DNA from: Planctomycetota bacterium
GTDB lineage: Bacteria; Planctomycetota; JAJSAM01; JAJVHW01
DNA: 64,000 nt
Assembly (NCBI GenBank): GCA_965248445.1
Contig: CBDFJG010000003.1
Location: forward strand, 1,440,001 to 1,504,000
Direction of reading: 5' to 3'
How positions within the stretch are numbered: position 1 is the first letter of the stretch; each line of letters begins with the position of its first letter. Below, in pieces: positions 34,201 to 43,130 of this stretch. The notes beneath the pieces are model-generated. The model made no database searches. It had not been told where the DNA came from and worked only from the letters and a program-made list of their open reading frames with translations. Made by a program: the position numbers and the translations under genes.

Positions 34201-34780
34201 TCTCCGCGCCGCCACTCTGGAAGCTCTCCGGTGCCGCGTAGTGCAGCGACCCGACGAACGCTCCCGTCTGCGACAGACGCAACGCCTCGTCCGCCATGCG
34301 CGCGACGCCGAGGTCCATCACTTTGACCACGTGGTCCTCGGTGATCAGCACGTTCTCTGGCTTCATGTCCCGATGGATCGCGCCCGCGGCGTGGATGGCG
34401 GCGAGACCACTCGCCACTTCGTGACCGATGTGGCGGCAGAGTTCCTCGGGGACGCGGTCCAGCTCGACCAGCAGCTCCCGCAGCGTCTGCCCCTCGACAT
34501 ACTCCATCGCCATGAAGTGCTGCCCGCCGGTCGCGTCGCAGTCGTAGGTGCGAACGACGTTGGGATGGCGGACCGTCTTCCCGATCTCCGCCTCGCGCAG
34601 AAAGCGCTTGAAGAAGCCCGGTGTCTCCAAGAGATGCGCGTGCACGACCCTGAGCGCGACGCGGGTGCCTTCGTCGAGTCCCGGCACGCGACCGTCGACG
34701 ACGGCCGCGTAGACCTTCCCCATCCCGCCGGAGCCGAGCTCCGACTCGATGCGGTACGGACCGAGGTTCTCGCCCATCAC
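31286..34780 (-). CDS. Ser/Thr kinase-like - STAND-like NTPase - TPR protein, copy B (VALR in place of VALK)
   Basis: Same architecture; start GTG 34780 chosen by alignment to paralogs and the TACCGT 7 nt upstream. Confidence 0.92.
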   Translation of the reverse strand: MMGENLGPYRIESELGSGGMGKVYAAVVDGRVPGLDEGTRVALRVVHAHLLETPGFFKRFLREAEIGKTVRHPNVVRTYDCDATGGQHFMAMEYVEGQTLRELLVELDRVPEELCRHIGHEVASGLAAIHAAGAIHRDMKPENVLITEDHVVKVMDLGVARMADEALRLSQTGAFVGSLHYAAPESFQSGGAEMDGRVDLHALGLVLYELACGSNPYLADDVPKTIQRVLREEPRKLGDVNPQLSPFFEEVVHCLLEKDREKRFKTADELARVLADGEDSAWWRRRASMIRTVTKRPLRRVRIPRETAVYGREDEFTKLGALYDAAKSGEGSVVLIEGEAGIGKSRLVDELIGRMHRDGEDINFLFGSYPPGGAATAAGGFSTAYREQFGEAGCAEYLTATPVLVPAFDALLRGESTPKGEEALTKDSLQTCFVNATRALGRERPTVVLIDDLHFAPEEGRALFTSLAMAVPGHRVLLIGTTRPGVSGDWTSGLTRLDQTSQLALNRLGPKDLVRLLKDTLKSERLAHDLSAQIATKSDGNPFFVFEILRGLREGQFIAQADDGTWVGTKVVDDIKIPSSVLDLVSARVADLTEDERSLLDVAACWGFEFDPLLVGDVLGMAQIPLMRALGHIEKRHRLVRASGRRYVFDHHQVQEALYVAMSELLREPYHAALADALEARTKAAEPDLETLDGSLCVDLCEHYLKGARGESALRYLLPAQTHLTECYRHAQVVTLTEGALAVPDLLTGPERAKTLLRLAGSLNSLGRRTRQEECAREAEVLAEEAGDDDLRGQAATALGHVFWRTSRQSDAEAAFRRALDLALARGDRMAESGAAGGLCFVFWSQGSPQEAREYHARHLALSRELGDRQAEARAMGSLGLVFQSEGRPVEARKHLERQLAVSREIGDRAGEAAATGNLGVVFGAEGRMAEARTHYARHLALSREIGDRAGEAAATGNLATVFQSEGRLPEALEQLERYLALSGEIGNQRGVAIALHNLGNVLREEGETAVAEEYLVRSVALAEAMEARHTAAATQLALGTLRAAAGDAEGAQSSLDAARDLAATIGAPGYETLARCELACLHGGDAAAALAAFTEHEDRLSAAERLVARHLLWKATGDRAHLEEAKRLLDESVAHVDEETRQSMLTNLRLNREIMAACKEAGI

Positions 34781-34837
34781 GGCGGTGACGGTAGCAGGGT
34801 GGCGCACGCTCCCGCGCACCCCGCGCCTCACGGACGT

Positions 34838-35597
34838 ATGTCCGTGTCTCGTGGTGCCCTGCGGTCCTTGATGAAGATCCGGTCCGACAGGCGGTGCAGA
34901 GAGGCACGGCGCGACCCCGCGGCGGAGCGGATGGTCCGTGACGGAGCTGCGGCACTGCGCGATGCCGAGATCCGGACCGCCCGCGGGCTGGCACGAGTGC
35001 ACCGCACGCGGACGTTCCTTCTGTCCGGCTGCGCGTCTGCCGTGGACTACGGCGTGCGCGCGGGTCTCTCGCGGCAGCGCTCGCTGACCCTGCTGCGGGA
35101 CGGGCATGGCGCTCGAAGCCGATCGCGACGGGCACGGCGAACGCGGGCTGCGCGAGGGACGGATCACGAGCGATGACGCCGCCGAGGTCGGCAAGCTCTA
35201 CGCAGCCGAAGAGCGCGCGACGAAAGCCAACGCCGCCGCCCCACCAAACCCAATCGTGCCCCGCCGACGTGTTCGCAACGGTGCTCGAGCGTTCGGGCGA
35301 TCGCTGCGAGATCGCCGGCTGCGGGCACCGCATCTTCCTCGACAACGCGCACGTGCTGGCCCATGCCGCGGGGGGCGGCCGCGAGGCGCAGAACATCACC
35401 CGGCTCTGCGATCCGCACCATGTGCTGCACGACGCCGGGCGGATCCGAGTGGTCGGCTGGGACCACGGCCGGCCCGAGTTCGCGACGCGCAGACCGGCGA
35501 GGTGTTCTCCGCGCGGGGTCGCGGCGCACCCGAGTACGCGGCGGTCCGATCGGACAATCAGCCGTCCGGCGTGCGCGAGCGCGCTCCGCCATGGGCG
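34838..35597 (+). pseudogene. Frameshifted DUF222-like/HNH endonuclease gene
   Basis: Three frames: LARVHR..F..SGCAS..DYG..GLS; LREGRIT; PADVFATVLERSGDRCEIAGC...AHVLAHAAGG..NITRLCDPHH; no clean stop before the convergent gene. Confidence 0.7.
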
Positions 35598-38500
35598 TCA
35601 GGCGAGCCCGTGCTCCTGGCACGCTGCCGTGATCTCACAATTCCGGCTGAGATTCGCGAGCATCGCCGCCCGCGTCTCGCCGTCGACGTGTGCCAACTCC
35701 TCGTCGAGCAGCCGCTTCGCCTCGGCGAGATGGGCTCGGTCGCCGGTCGCCTTCCACAGCAACCAGCGCGCGTTGCGGCGTTGCGAGGCCTCGAGTCGCG
35801 GCTCGATCTCGACGAACGCGGCGAGGGCATCGTTCGCGTCGCCGCCGGGGAGACACGCGAGCTGACAGCGCGCCAACGTCTGCAGCCCCACCACGCCGAT
35901 CGTAGCCGCCCCGTCGCGCGCCGCCACGAGCGAGTCGCGCGCGCGTCCCTCGTCACCCGCGTCGGCGAACAGTGAGCCGAGCGAAAAGTGCGTCGCTGCC
36001 GCCAGGTGTGGCGCGTCGATGACGCCGCATGCGGCGAGGCACGCGGAGAGGCACTCCTCCGCACGCGCGAGCGCACCCTCCTCGCGATACGCGTTGCCCA
36101 TGTTGTGGAGCGCGATGGCCGCGCCCTCGCGGCCCCCCATGTCGCGGGAAAGTTCGAGGTTGCGCTCGTAGTGCTCGCGCGCCGCGGCGACCCGGCCCAT
36201 GGACTGCAGGACGACGCCGAGATTGGCGGTGGCCAGGCCCTCGCCGCGACGGTTCCCGATCTCGCGGTTGAGCGCGCGCTGCCGCTCGATGTACTCGCGG
36301 GCCTCGCGGAGGCGCCCCGTCGAGATGAAGAACGTCCCCAGGTTCCCGACGCAGATCGCCTCGACCTTTCGATCCCCGATCTCCGTGCTGATCTCGAGCG
36401 CCCGCTCGTAGTGCACGCGCGCCTCGCCCACGTGACCCTGGTCGTGCAGGACGCTCCCCAGGTTCCCCTCGGAGTTGGCCTCCCCGTGCCGGTCCCCGCT
36501 CTGACGGCTGAGCGCGACGGCACGCGCGTGGTGCTCGCGCGCGTCGTCCAGGCGTCCGCGTTGGCCGAGGATGAGACCCAGATTGCCGGTCACGCCGGAC
36601 TCGGCGCGCACGTCACTCGACCGTTGCGCGATCTCGAGCGCGCGCCTGACGGCCGCCTCGGCCTCGTCCAGGCGTGACGTGCGGTAGAACACTCCGCCGA
36701 GGCCCTTGAGCGCCAGACAGAGCAGCGCGTCGTCCCCCGCGTCCTCGGCCAGCTGCTCCGCCTCGCGGGCGACCTCTTCCTGGCGCGCGGGATCGCCGAT
36801 CGGATCGAGGGCGTCCCAGAGTCGCAACAGAACCCTCGCGCGCGCTGCGCCGGTGAGGAGTCCGGGCATCGCGAGCGCCCGTTCGGTCAGCGCGACCGCC
36901 CGCGCGTGCAGGTAACCCTTCGTCAAGTGCGCCTGTGCCGCGGCGAGGTAACGCAGCGCCTGATCGCCGCGCGCACCTTGCAGGTAGTGCTCGCAGAGAT
37001 CGACGCAGAGCGCGCCGTCCAGGCTGTCCGGGTCCGTGTCGGCTGCGCTCGCGCGCGTATCCATCGCCTCGGCCAGCGCGGCGTGGTACTCCTCGCGCAG
37101 CTGTTCGTTCAGGCCCTGGTAGAGCGCCTCCTGGACCTGGTGATGATCGAACACGTAGTTGCGTCCCACCGAGCGAACCAGCCGGTTGCTGCGCTCGATG
37201 TGACCGAAGCGCTTGAGGCACGGGATGCGGTCGAGTCCGCAGACGTCTCCGATCAGCGCCGGATCGAACTCGTATCCCCAGCAACTCGCCACATCCAGCA
37301 GGTCCCGCTCCCCTTCGCTGAGATCCGCCACGCGGGCGTTCACCAGGTCCAGCACCGACGACGGGATCTGGATGTCGTCGATCACCTTCGTCGAGACCCA
37401 ACTGCCGTCCGCGGTGCGCGTGATGAACTGGCCCTCGCGCAGGCCCTGCAGGATCTCGAACACGAAGAACGGATTGCCGTCGGACTTCGTCGCGATCTGG
37501 CCTGCCAGCACATGAGCGAGTTCCTCGGACTTGAGCGTGTCGCGCAGCAGCGCCATCAGGTCCTTGGGCCCCAGGCGGTGCAACGACATGTGCGTCGTCT
37601 GATCGAGGCGTGTGGCGCCGGAGAGCCAGTCCTCGGCGACACCTCTGCGCGTCGTGCCGATCAGAAGCACACGACTGCCGGGTACGGCCATCGCGAGAGA
37701 CGTGAAGAGCGCGCGCCCCTCGTCCGGTGCAAAGTGGAGATCATCGATCAACACCACCGTCGTGCGCTCCGCGCCCAGCACGCGCGTGGCGTTGACGAAG
37801 CAAGTCTGCAGGGACTCCTTGGTCAGCGGCTCACTGCCGGCCGGGGTCGGTTCTCCACGCAGCAGCGCGTCGAAGGCGGGCACGAGGACCGGCGTCGTCG
37901 TCAGGTAGGCCGCGCACCCCGCGTCTCCAAACTGCTCTCTGTATGCCGTCGAGAATCCGCCCGCCGCCGTGGCCGCACCACCCGGGGGATAGCTGCCGAA
38001 CAGGAAGTTCACGTCCTCGCCGTCGCGCTGCAGCCGCGCGATCAGCTCATCCACGAGTCGCGACTTCCCTATCCCCGCTTCGCCCTCGATCAGGACGTCA
38101 GTGCCCTCGCCCGACCTCGCGGCGTCGTAGTGCCCGCGCAGTCTGGCGAGTTCTTCCTCGCGGCCATAGACGGCCGTTTCTCGCGGGATACGCACGCGGC
38201 GGAGCGGCCGCTTGGTGATCGAGCGGATCGCGGACGCGCGCCAGTGCCACCACTCGGAGTCCTCGCCGTCTGTGAGCGCGGCCGCCAAGTCGCCGGCTGT
38301 CGCGAACCGCTTCTCGCGGTCCTTCTCGAGCAGACAGTGCACTGCCTCTTCGAAGAACGGCGAGATCTGAGGGTTGACGTCACCGAGCCTCCGCGGTGGC
38401 TCGCGCACCACTTTTTCGATGGTGCGCGCGACGCCGTCGGCCTCGTACGGGTTCGAGCCGCACGCGAGTTCGTAGAGCACGAGACCGAGAGCGTGCAGGT

Positions 38501-39095
38501 CCACGCGTCCGTCCACGTCGGCGCCGCCCTTCTGGAAGCTCTCCGGCGCCGCGTAACAGAGCGACCCGACGAACGCACCGGTCTGCGACAAGCGCTGCGC
38601 CTCGTCCACCAGTCGCGCCACGCCCAAGTCCATGACCTTGACGACGTGGTCCGCGGTGATGAGCACGTTCTCCGGCTTCATGTCGCGGTGAATGACGCCC
38701 GCATCGTGGATGGCGGCGAGTCCGTTGGCGACCTCCCGCCCGATGTGCCGACAAAGCTCCTCCGGCACGCGCTCCAACTCGTCGAGCAACTCCCGCAGCG
38801 TCTGCCCCTCGACGTACTCCATCGCCATGAAGTGCTGCTCGCCGGTTGCGTCGCAGTCGAACGTCCGCACGACATTGGGATGGCGGACAGTCCGTCCGAG
38901 CTCCGCTTCGCGCATGAAGCGCTTGAAGAAGCCGGGCACCTCGAGCAGGTGCGGATGCACGATCTTGAGCGCGACCCGCATGCCCTTGTCCAACCCCGGC
39001 ACGCGTCCGTCCACGACCGCGGCGTAGACCTTCCCCATCCCCCCGGAGCCAAGCTCGCGGTCGATGCGGTACGGGCCGAGGATGTCGCCGATCAC
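35598..39095 (-). CDS. Ser/Thr kinase - STAND-like NTPase - TPR protein, copy C
   Basis: GSGGMG, VALK, HRDMKPEN, DLG; GEAGIGKS, LIDDLH, GNPF; TPR repeats. Confidence 0.93.
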   Translation of the reverse strand: MIGDILGPYRIDRELGSGGMGKVYAAVVDGRVPGLDKGMRVALKIVHPHLLEVPGFFKRFMREAELGRTVRHPNVVRTFDCDATGEQHFMAMEYVEGQTLRELLDELERVPEELCRHIGREVANGLAAIHDAGVIHRDMKPENVLITADHVVKVMDLGVARLVDEAQRLSQTGAFVGSLCYAAPESFQKGGADVDGRVDLHALGLVLYELACGSNPYEADGVARTIEKVVREPPRRLGDVNPQISPFFEEAVHCLLEKDREKRFATAGDLAAALTDGEDSEWWHWRASAIRSITKRPLRRVRIPRETAVYGREEELARLRGHYDAARSGEGTDVLIEGEAGIGKSRLVDELIARLQRDGEDVNFLFGSYPPGGAATAAGGFSTAYREQFGDAGCAAYLTTTPVLVPAFDALLRGEPTPAGSEPLTKESLQTCFVNATRVLGAERTTVVLIDDLHFAPDEGRALFTSLAMAVPGSRVLLIGTTRRGVAEDWLSGATRLDQTTHMSLHRLGPKDLMALLRDTLKSEELAHVLAGQIATKSDGNPFFVFEILQGLREGQFITRTADGSWVSTKVIDDIQIPSSVLDLVNARVADLSEGERDLLDVASCWGYEFDPALIGDVCGLDRIPCLKRFGHIERSNRLVRSVGRNYVFDHHQVQEALYQGLNEQLREEYHAALAEAMDTRASAADTDPDSLDGALCVDLCEHYLQGARGDQALRYLAAAQAHLTKGYLHARAVALTERALAMPGLLTGAARARVLLRLWDALDPIGDPARQEEVAREAEQLAEDAGDDALLCLALKGLGGVFYRTSRLDEAEAAVRRALEIAQRSSDVRAESGVTGNLGLILGQRGRLDDAREHHARAVALSRQSGDRHGEANSEGNLGSVLHDQGHVGEARVHYERALEISTEIGDRKVEAICVGNLGTFFISTGRLREAREYIERQRALNREIGNRRGEGLATANLGVVLQSMGRVAAAREHYERNLELSRDMGGREGAAIALHNMGNAYREEGALARAEECLSACLAACGVIDAPHLAAATHFSLGSLFADAGDEGRARDSLVAARDGAATIGVVGLQTLARCQLACLPGGDANDALAAFVEIEPRLEASQRRNARWLLWKATGDRAHLAEAKRLLDEELAHVDGETRAAMLANLSRNCEITAACQEHGLA

Positions 39096-39116
39096 GGCGA
39101 GGAGGCTAGCAGTACG

Positions 39117-41123
39117 TCAGACGGAGACTGGCTGCCGGAACATCCCCGGCTCGTACGCGGCGATGTACCCGCGCACCGCCGAGGCGGCGACCGTCAGCGG
39201 GCTCGCGAGATAGAGACGGCCGGGGCCGGAGCGGCCCTTGTAGTTACGATTGATCGCCGAGACGGTGACCTGGTCCGAGTCGGCAGAGACGCCAGGGCCG
39301 CAGCCGATGCACGCGCCGCAACCGGGCGAGATGACGCGGACGCCCGTCCGCTCAAAGACGTCGAGGTGACCGCGCTCGCGCGCGTAGGTCTCGACGTCGG
39401 CGGACCCGAACTGGATCAGGAACTGCACGTGGTCGGCGACGCGGACGCGGGCCTCGGCGGCCTCCGCCATCACCCGCGCGTAGAGATCCAGATCGGTCTC
39501 CTTGCCCGCGGTGCACGAGCCGCCGTAGGCGATGTCGATGCGCACCTCGCCGATCTCGGCGATGAGCGCTCCGTTCGTCGGGTCCGACGGGATGCCGCGG
39601 TCAGGATCACCCGGATGCGCCACCATCGGGCGGATCGCGGAGAGATCGATCGAGTGGACACCGCCGGCGTAGTGCGCGCCTGGATCGGCCGCGACAGCCT
39701 GCGCTCGCAGTTCCTCGACACCGACCGCGCCTCCGCGGCGGGCGGCGATCCACTGGAACGTCGCTTCGTCCGCCTCCACGATCCCCGTGCGCGCGGTGCA
39801 CTCAGTCGCCATATTCGCCAGTGTCGCCCGCTCGTCCATGTCGAGCGAAGCGAGGCCCGGCCCCGCGAACTCCATCACGCGCTTGAGCGTGTCCTCGCGC
39901 ACCGCGAAGGTCGCGAGGATGTGCAGCATCACGTCCTTGGCAGTGCAGTTGTCGGGGAGCTCGCCGGTCAGCTCGAAGCGGATGGACTCCGGGACCTCGA
40001 CGATCGTGAAGCCCGCCTTGACGAGGTTCGCGTACTCCGTGGTGCCAACGCCCCACGCCAGCGAGTTGTTGCCGCCGCCCATGCAGGTGTGGCTGTCCGT
40101 CGCCTGCACGAGCTCGCCCGGCTCGATGAACTTCTCCCGCGCGACCTGGTGGCAGATGCCCGGGCTCTTCCCGTCGGTCGCGGCGTAGGACAGACACCCG
40201 GTGTGCCGCTGGAACGTGTTCTGCAGGTCGCGGAGCGTCTGGATCTTCGGCATGAAGCGTCGCATGCGGTCCACCTCGTCCGCGTAGATGAGGTGGTCTT
40301 CGAACACGGCGAACTTGCTGGGATTCGCGATCGCGTAGTCGTCGCCGTACTCGGCTGCGAGGAACGTGTGCACCTGCGCGGTCGTGAACTCGTGTGAGTA
40401 GCCGGCGTCCACGCGCACGACGACCGGGTCGCCCGGCTTCACGTACTTCGGCTCGTCACCGGCCCCTTCCACAACAAGGTGGGCTGCGAGGATCTTCTCG
40501 GCCATCGTCATCGGCCGCTCGCCCGTGTTGTTCACGGGCAGCGTGGCCTCGCCCGCCGCGAGCGCCTTGGCGAACGGGAACAGGCCGCCGTGCTGCACGA
40601 CGAGCTGCGTCACCGGGTCGTAGTCCTCGTAGAACTCGCGGATACCGATGCCCTCGCCCCGCTGCAGACGAATCAGCATGTCGTGATCGCCCATCAGTGT
40701 GCCGAGGTTGATGTTGTTGCGCGCGTGGATCGGGGCGAACGACGCCGCGATCACGATCTTGATCCCGCTCCACTTCTCGCACTGGGCGGCCGTCTCGCGT
40801 GAGCTGCCGACGCCCTTGCGCAGGCCGCTCACGATGACCTCGAAGCCGCCGTCGAGGAGCGCCCGCTCCGGCACCAGCCGCTCGCCCTCGACGATCAGGC
40901 CTGCATAGGCGTTCTTCGCGATCTCCGCGGGGTCGTGATCGAAGCAGACCCAGGCGGGGGTCATCGCGTCGGTGTTGATGTCGTCGAGCAGGTCGTCGAC
41001 CGAGAGATCCTCCATGCGCAGGTCCAGCTCGCCCGCCAGCTGCCGTCGGATCAGGGACGGGTCCTTGGTCAGGAACAGGACCCGCTTGCCGGGCGTGAGC
41101 GAGAGGGACTCGGGTGGACGCAT
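39117..41123 (-). CDS. Aconitase-family dehydratase; LeuD-like swivel domain fused N-terminally to a LeuC-like Fe-S domain
   Basis: DDINTD, GSSRE, SFAPIH.RN; then MTMAEKIL, EDH, GICHQ, DSHT, GSCT, CGACIG, NRNYKGR; GGAGG before ATG 41123. Confidence 0.88.
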   Translation of the reverse strand: MRPPESLSLTPGKRVLFLTKDPSLIRRQLAGELDLRMEDLSVDDLLDDINTDAMTPAWVCFDHDPAEIAKNAYAGLIVEGERLVPERALLDGGFEVIVSGLRKGVGSSRETAAQCEKWSGIKIVIAASFAPIHARNNINLGTLMGDHDMLIRLQRGEGIGIREFYEDYDPVTQLVVQHGGLFPFAKALAAGEATLPVNNTGERPMTMAEKILAAHLVVEGAGDEPKYVKPGDPVVVRVDAGYSHEFTTAQVHTFLAAEYGDDYAIANPSKFAVFEDHLIYADEVDRMRRFMPKIQTLRDLQNTFQRHTGCLSYAATDGKSPGICHQVAREKFIEPGELVQATDSHTCMGGGNNSLAWGVGTTEYANLVKAGFTIVEVPESIRFELTGELPDNCTAKDVMLHILATFAVREDTLKRVMEFAGPGLASLDMDERATLANMATECTARTGIVEADEATFQWIAARRGGAVGVEELRAQAVAADPGAHYAGGVHSIDLSAIRPMVAHPGDPDRGIPSDPTNGALIAEIGEVRIDIAYGGSCTAGKETDLDLYARVMAEAAEARVRVADHVQFLIQFGSADVETYARERGHLDVFERTGVRVISPGCGACIGCGPGVSADSDQVTVSAINRNYKGRSGPGRLYLASPLTVAASAVRGYIAAYEPGMFRQPVSV

Positions 41124-41192
41124 GCAGACCTCCGGAGGGCGCTGGCCAGGGGTAAGACAGGCACTTTCGCCCACCGGCCGCGTCCAATCCGG

Positions 41193-42425
41193 TCAGCATA
41201 TCTGAGGCCCCGCTCGAGGCCGAGGGAATGCGCTACGAAGGCCCCCCCCAGGCTCGCCCGGGACGTCCTTCGCGCGCGCCAGCTCACGTGCCGCAAAGGC
41301 CCGGATCCTCTCGTCCCCGTGCTCCGCGGCGGCGGCCTCGAGGTGTGCCCTCGCCTCGCCGTCACGCCGGAACGATCGCGCAAGAAGAACGCCCACACGG
41401 AAGTGCGCCTCGGCCTGGTCCTCGCCGCGCGGCTCGGTCTCGAGGTAGCGCTGGTACGCCTCGTAGGCGTCGCGCGAGCGCCCCCGGCGGAAGAACTCGT
41501 GCGCGATCTCGATCTGCACAGCGCCGGGCAAGGGCTGCTCGCGCATCGCGCGCTCGTAGATTGGGTAGAGACGGACCGCATCGGACGTGCGGCCCTCGTG
41601 GACGGCGCGGACGAGGTCCTCCTCCACCGCGATCAGATCGGACTCGACCATGTCCACGGACTTGCGCTTGCGCCACCTGGGCACGAAGCGCGCGAGGTGG
41701 CGGTCTGCCGCGCGCCTCGCGAACCCGGTGTGCGCGTCCCACGCGTCACCCATCTTTCCTCCGCCGGCGTGCGGTTTGAGCCAGGTGCCCGCGGCGATCC
41801 CCATCAGCGCGCCACCGAGGTGCGCCGCGGTGGCGACACTGCCGTGGGACGGTCCGCGCGCCAGGACAGTCAACGCGAAGTCCTGCACGAACCACGCGCC
41901 GATGATCCACTTGGCTCGCACCCTGAACACGTGCGCCGGGATGAGCAGCAGGAGCCGGATGCGCGCCTCGGGGAAGAACACGAGGTAGACACCCATGACC
42001 GCGAAGATCGCGCCCGACGCGCCGATCAACGGGACGAGGTGGAAGTCACCGTCCGCCGGCGCGAAGGCCGACATGCCGACGAACGCCCAGGAGGCCAGCA
42101 CGCCGCCCACGAGGTAGAGCGCGCCGAAGCCCACCCGGCCCAGTTTGTCCTCAACGTTGTCGCCCACGATCCAGAGCACCCACATGTTGCCGAGCAGGTG
42201 CAGCGGGTCCGCGTGCAGGAACAGCGAAGAGAGCAGATGCCAGGAGAACGGCTCGGTCGAGAGGAAGCCGTACGCGGCGAACGCCTCCTCGAGCACCTCC
42301 AGGCCTCCCGTGAGCCCGAGGCGGAGGTTGATCAGGACGAAGACGACGACGTTGAGCGCGATCAGCGAATACGTGACGACCGCCGTACGGCGTGCCGGGT
42401 TCTCGTCGCCAATCGGGAACAACAC
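41193..42425 (-). CDS. Rhomboid protease with C-terminal TPR-like region
   Basis: FPIGDENP, FLHAD..HLLGNM, IGASGAI, VATAAHLGG; C-terminal AY..YL..P..AEAHFR.G. Confidence 0.9.
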   Translation of the reverse strand: MLFPIGDENPARRTAVVTYSLIALNVVVFVLINLRLGLTGGLEVLEEAFAAYGFLSTEPFSWHLLSSLFLHADPLHLLGNMWVLWIVGDNVEDKLGRVGFGALYLVGGVLASWAFVGMSAFAPADGDFHLVPLIGASGAIFAVMGVYLVFFPEARIRLLLLIPAHVFRVRAKWIIGAWFVQDFALTVLARGPSHGSVATAAHLGGALMGIAAGTWLKPHAGGGKMGDAWDAHTGFARRAADRHLARFVPRWRKRKSVDMVESDLIAVEEDLVRAVHEGRTSDAVRLYPIYERAMREQPLPGAVQIEIAHEFFRRGRSRDAYEAYQRYLETEPRGEDQAEAHFRVGVLLARSFRRDGEARAHLEAAAAEHGDERIRAFAARELARAKDVPGEPGGGLRSAFPRPRAGPQIC

Positions 42426-42488
42426 CCGCAGACGTTCCCCGGTGCCCGCACCCACTGCAATGTTTCGCTCGATGACTAGTCTGTCGGT

Positions 42489-43127
42489 GTGGGCAAGGCA
42501 GGCACCCCGACCTCAGACGAGCGGCTGGCGCGGACAATCCGCTCGTACGAAGACGGCGTGGACGTCTTCACAAAGCGGACCGCCGACAGATCGCGGATCA
42601 CGGAATGGGCGGCGCAGTTCGGAGACTGGGTGGGCGATGGCGGCATCGTGGCCGACGTGGGCTGCGGTCCGGGCCACGACTGCGAGCTCCTGAGTCGCAT
42701 GGGATTGCGTGTCGTCGGCCTGGACCTGACTCACGGCATGCTGCGGCGCGCGGCGTCCGACCGACCGGGACACTACGCTTGCGCGGACATGCGCCGGTTG
42801 CCGCTCCGGGACGACTCGGTCCAGGGCCTCTTCGCGAACGCATCGATGCTCCACATCGCGCTCGCGGACGTGAACGCAACGCTGATGGAGTTCCGGCGTG
42901 TGCTCGCTCCGTGCGGCACCCTCTTCCTGACTCTCAAGTGCGGAGACGGCGAGACGCTGGTGAAAAACCCGTACCCGGGCATGTCCGACCGCTGGTTCAC
43001 CTACTGGCAGGACGAGCCGCTGAACGAAGCGCTGGGAACGGCGGGCTTCGAGATCCTCGAGTCGCGGCGGACACCGAGTAACCGACCGGACAACCCGGAC
43101 TGGCTCATGCGGCTGTGCCGGAGCTGA
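42489..43127 (+). CDS. Class I SAM-dependent methyltransferase
   Basis: VADVGCGPG, GLDL, ADMRRLP, ASMLH, RVLAP.G. Confidence 0.9.
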   Translation: MGKAGTPTSDERLARTIRSYEDGVDVFTKRTADRSRITEWAAQFGDWVGDGGIVADVGCGPGHDCELLSRMGLRVVGLDLTHGMLRRAASDRPGHYACADMRRLPLRDDSVQGLFANASMLHIALADVNATLMEFRRVLAPCGTLFLTLKCGDGETLVKNPYPGMSDRWFTYWQDEPLNEALGTAGFEILESRRTPSNRPDNPDWLMRLCRS

Positions 43128-43130
43128 CGC

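Noticed and set aside
34781..35194. N-terminal extension of kinase copy B in the ORF track
   Set aside because: Paralog alignment and a -10 element place the start at 34780; the extension is antisense to the HNH-like gene
27924..39095. Diversity-generating retroelement acting on the TPR repeats
   Set aside because: No reverse transcriptase in the window and no template/variable repeat pair with adenine-specific differences noticed
36906..40397. Very long plus-strand ORFs (also 610-2646, 47516-50134, 48525-51452)
   Set aside because: Antisense shadows of well-supported minus-strand genes, expected at this GC content; no recognisable motifs
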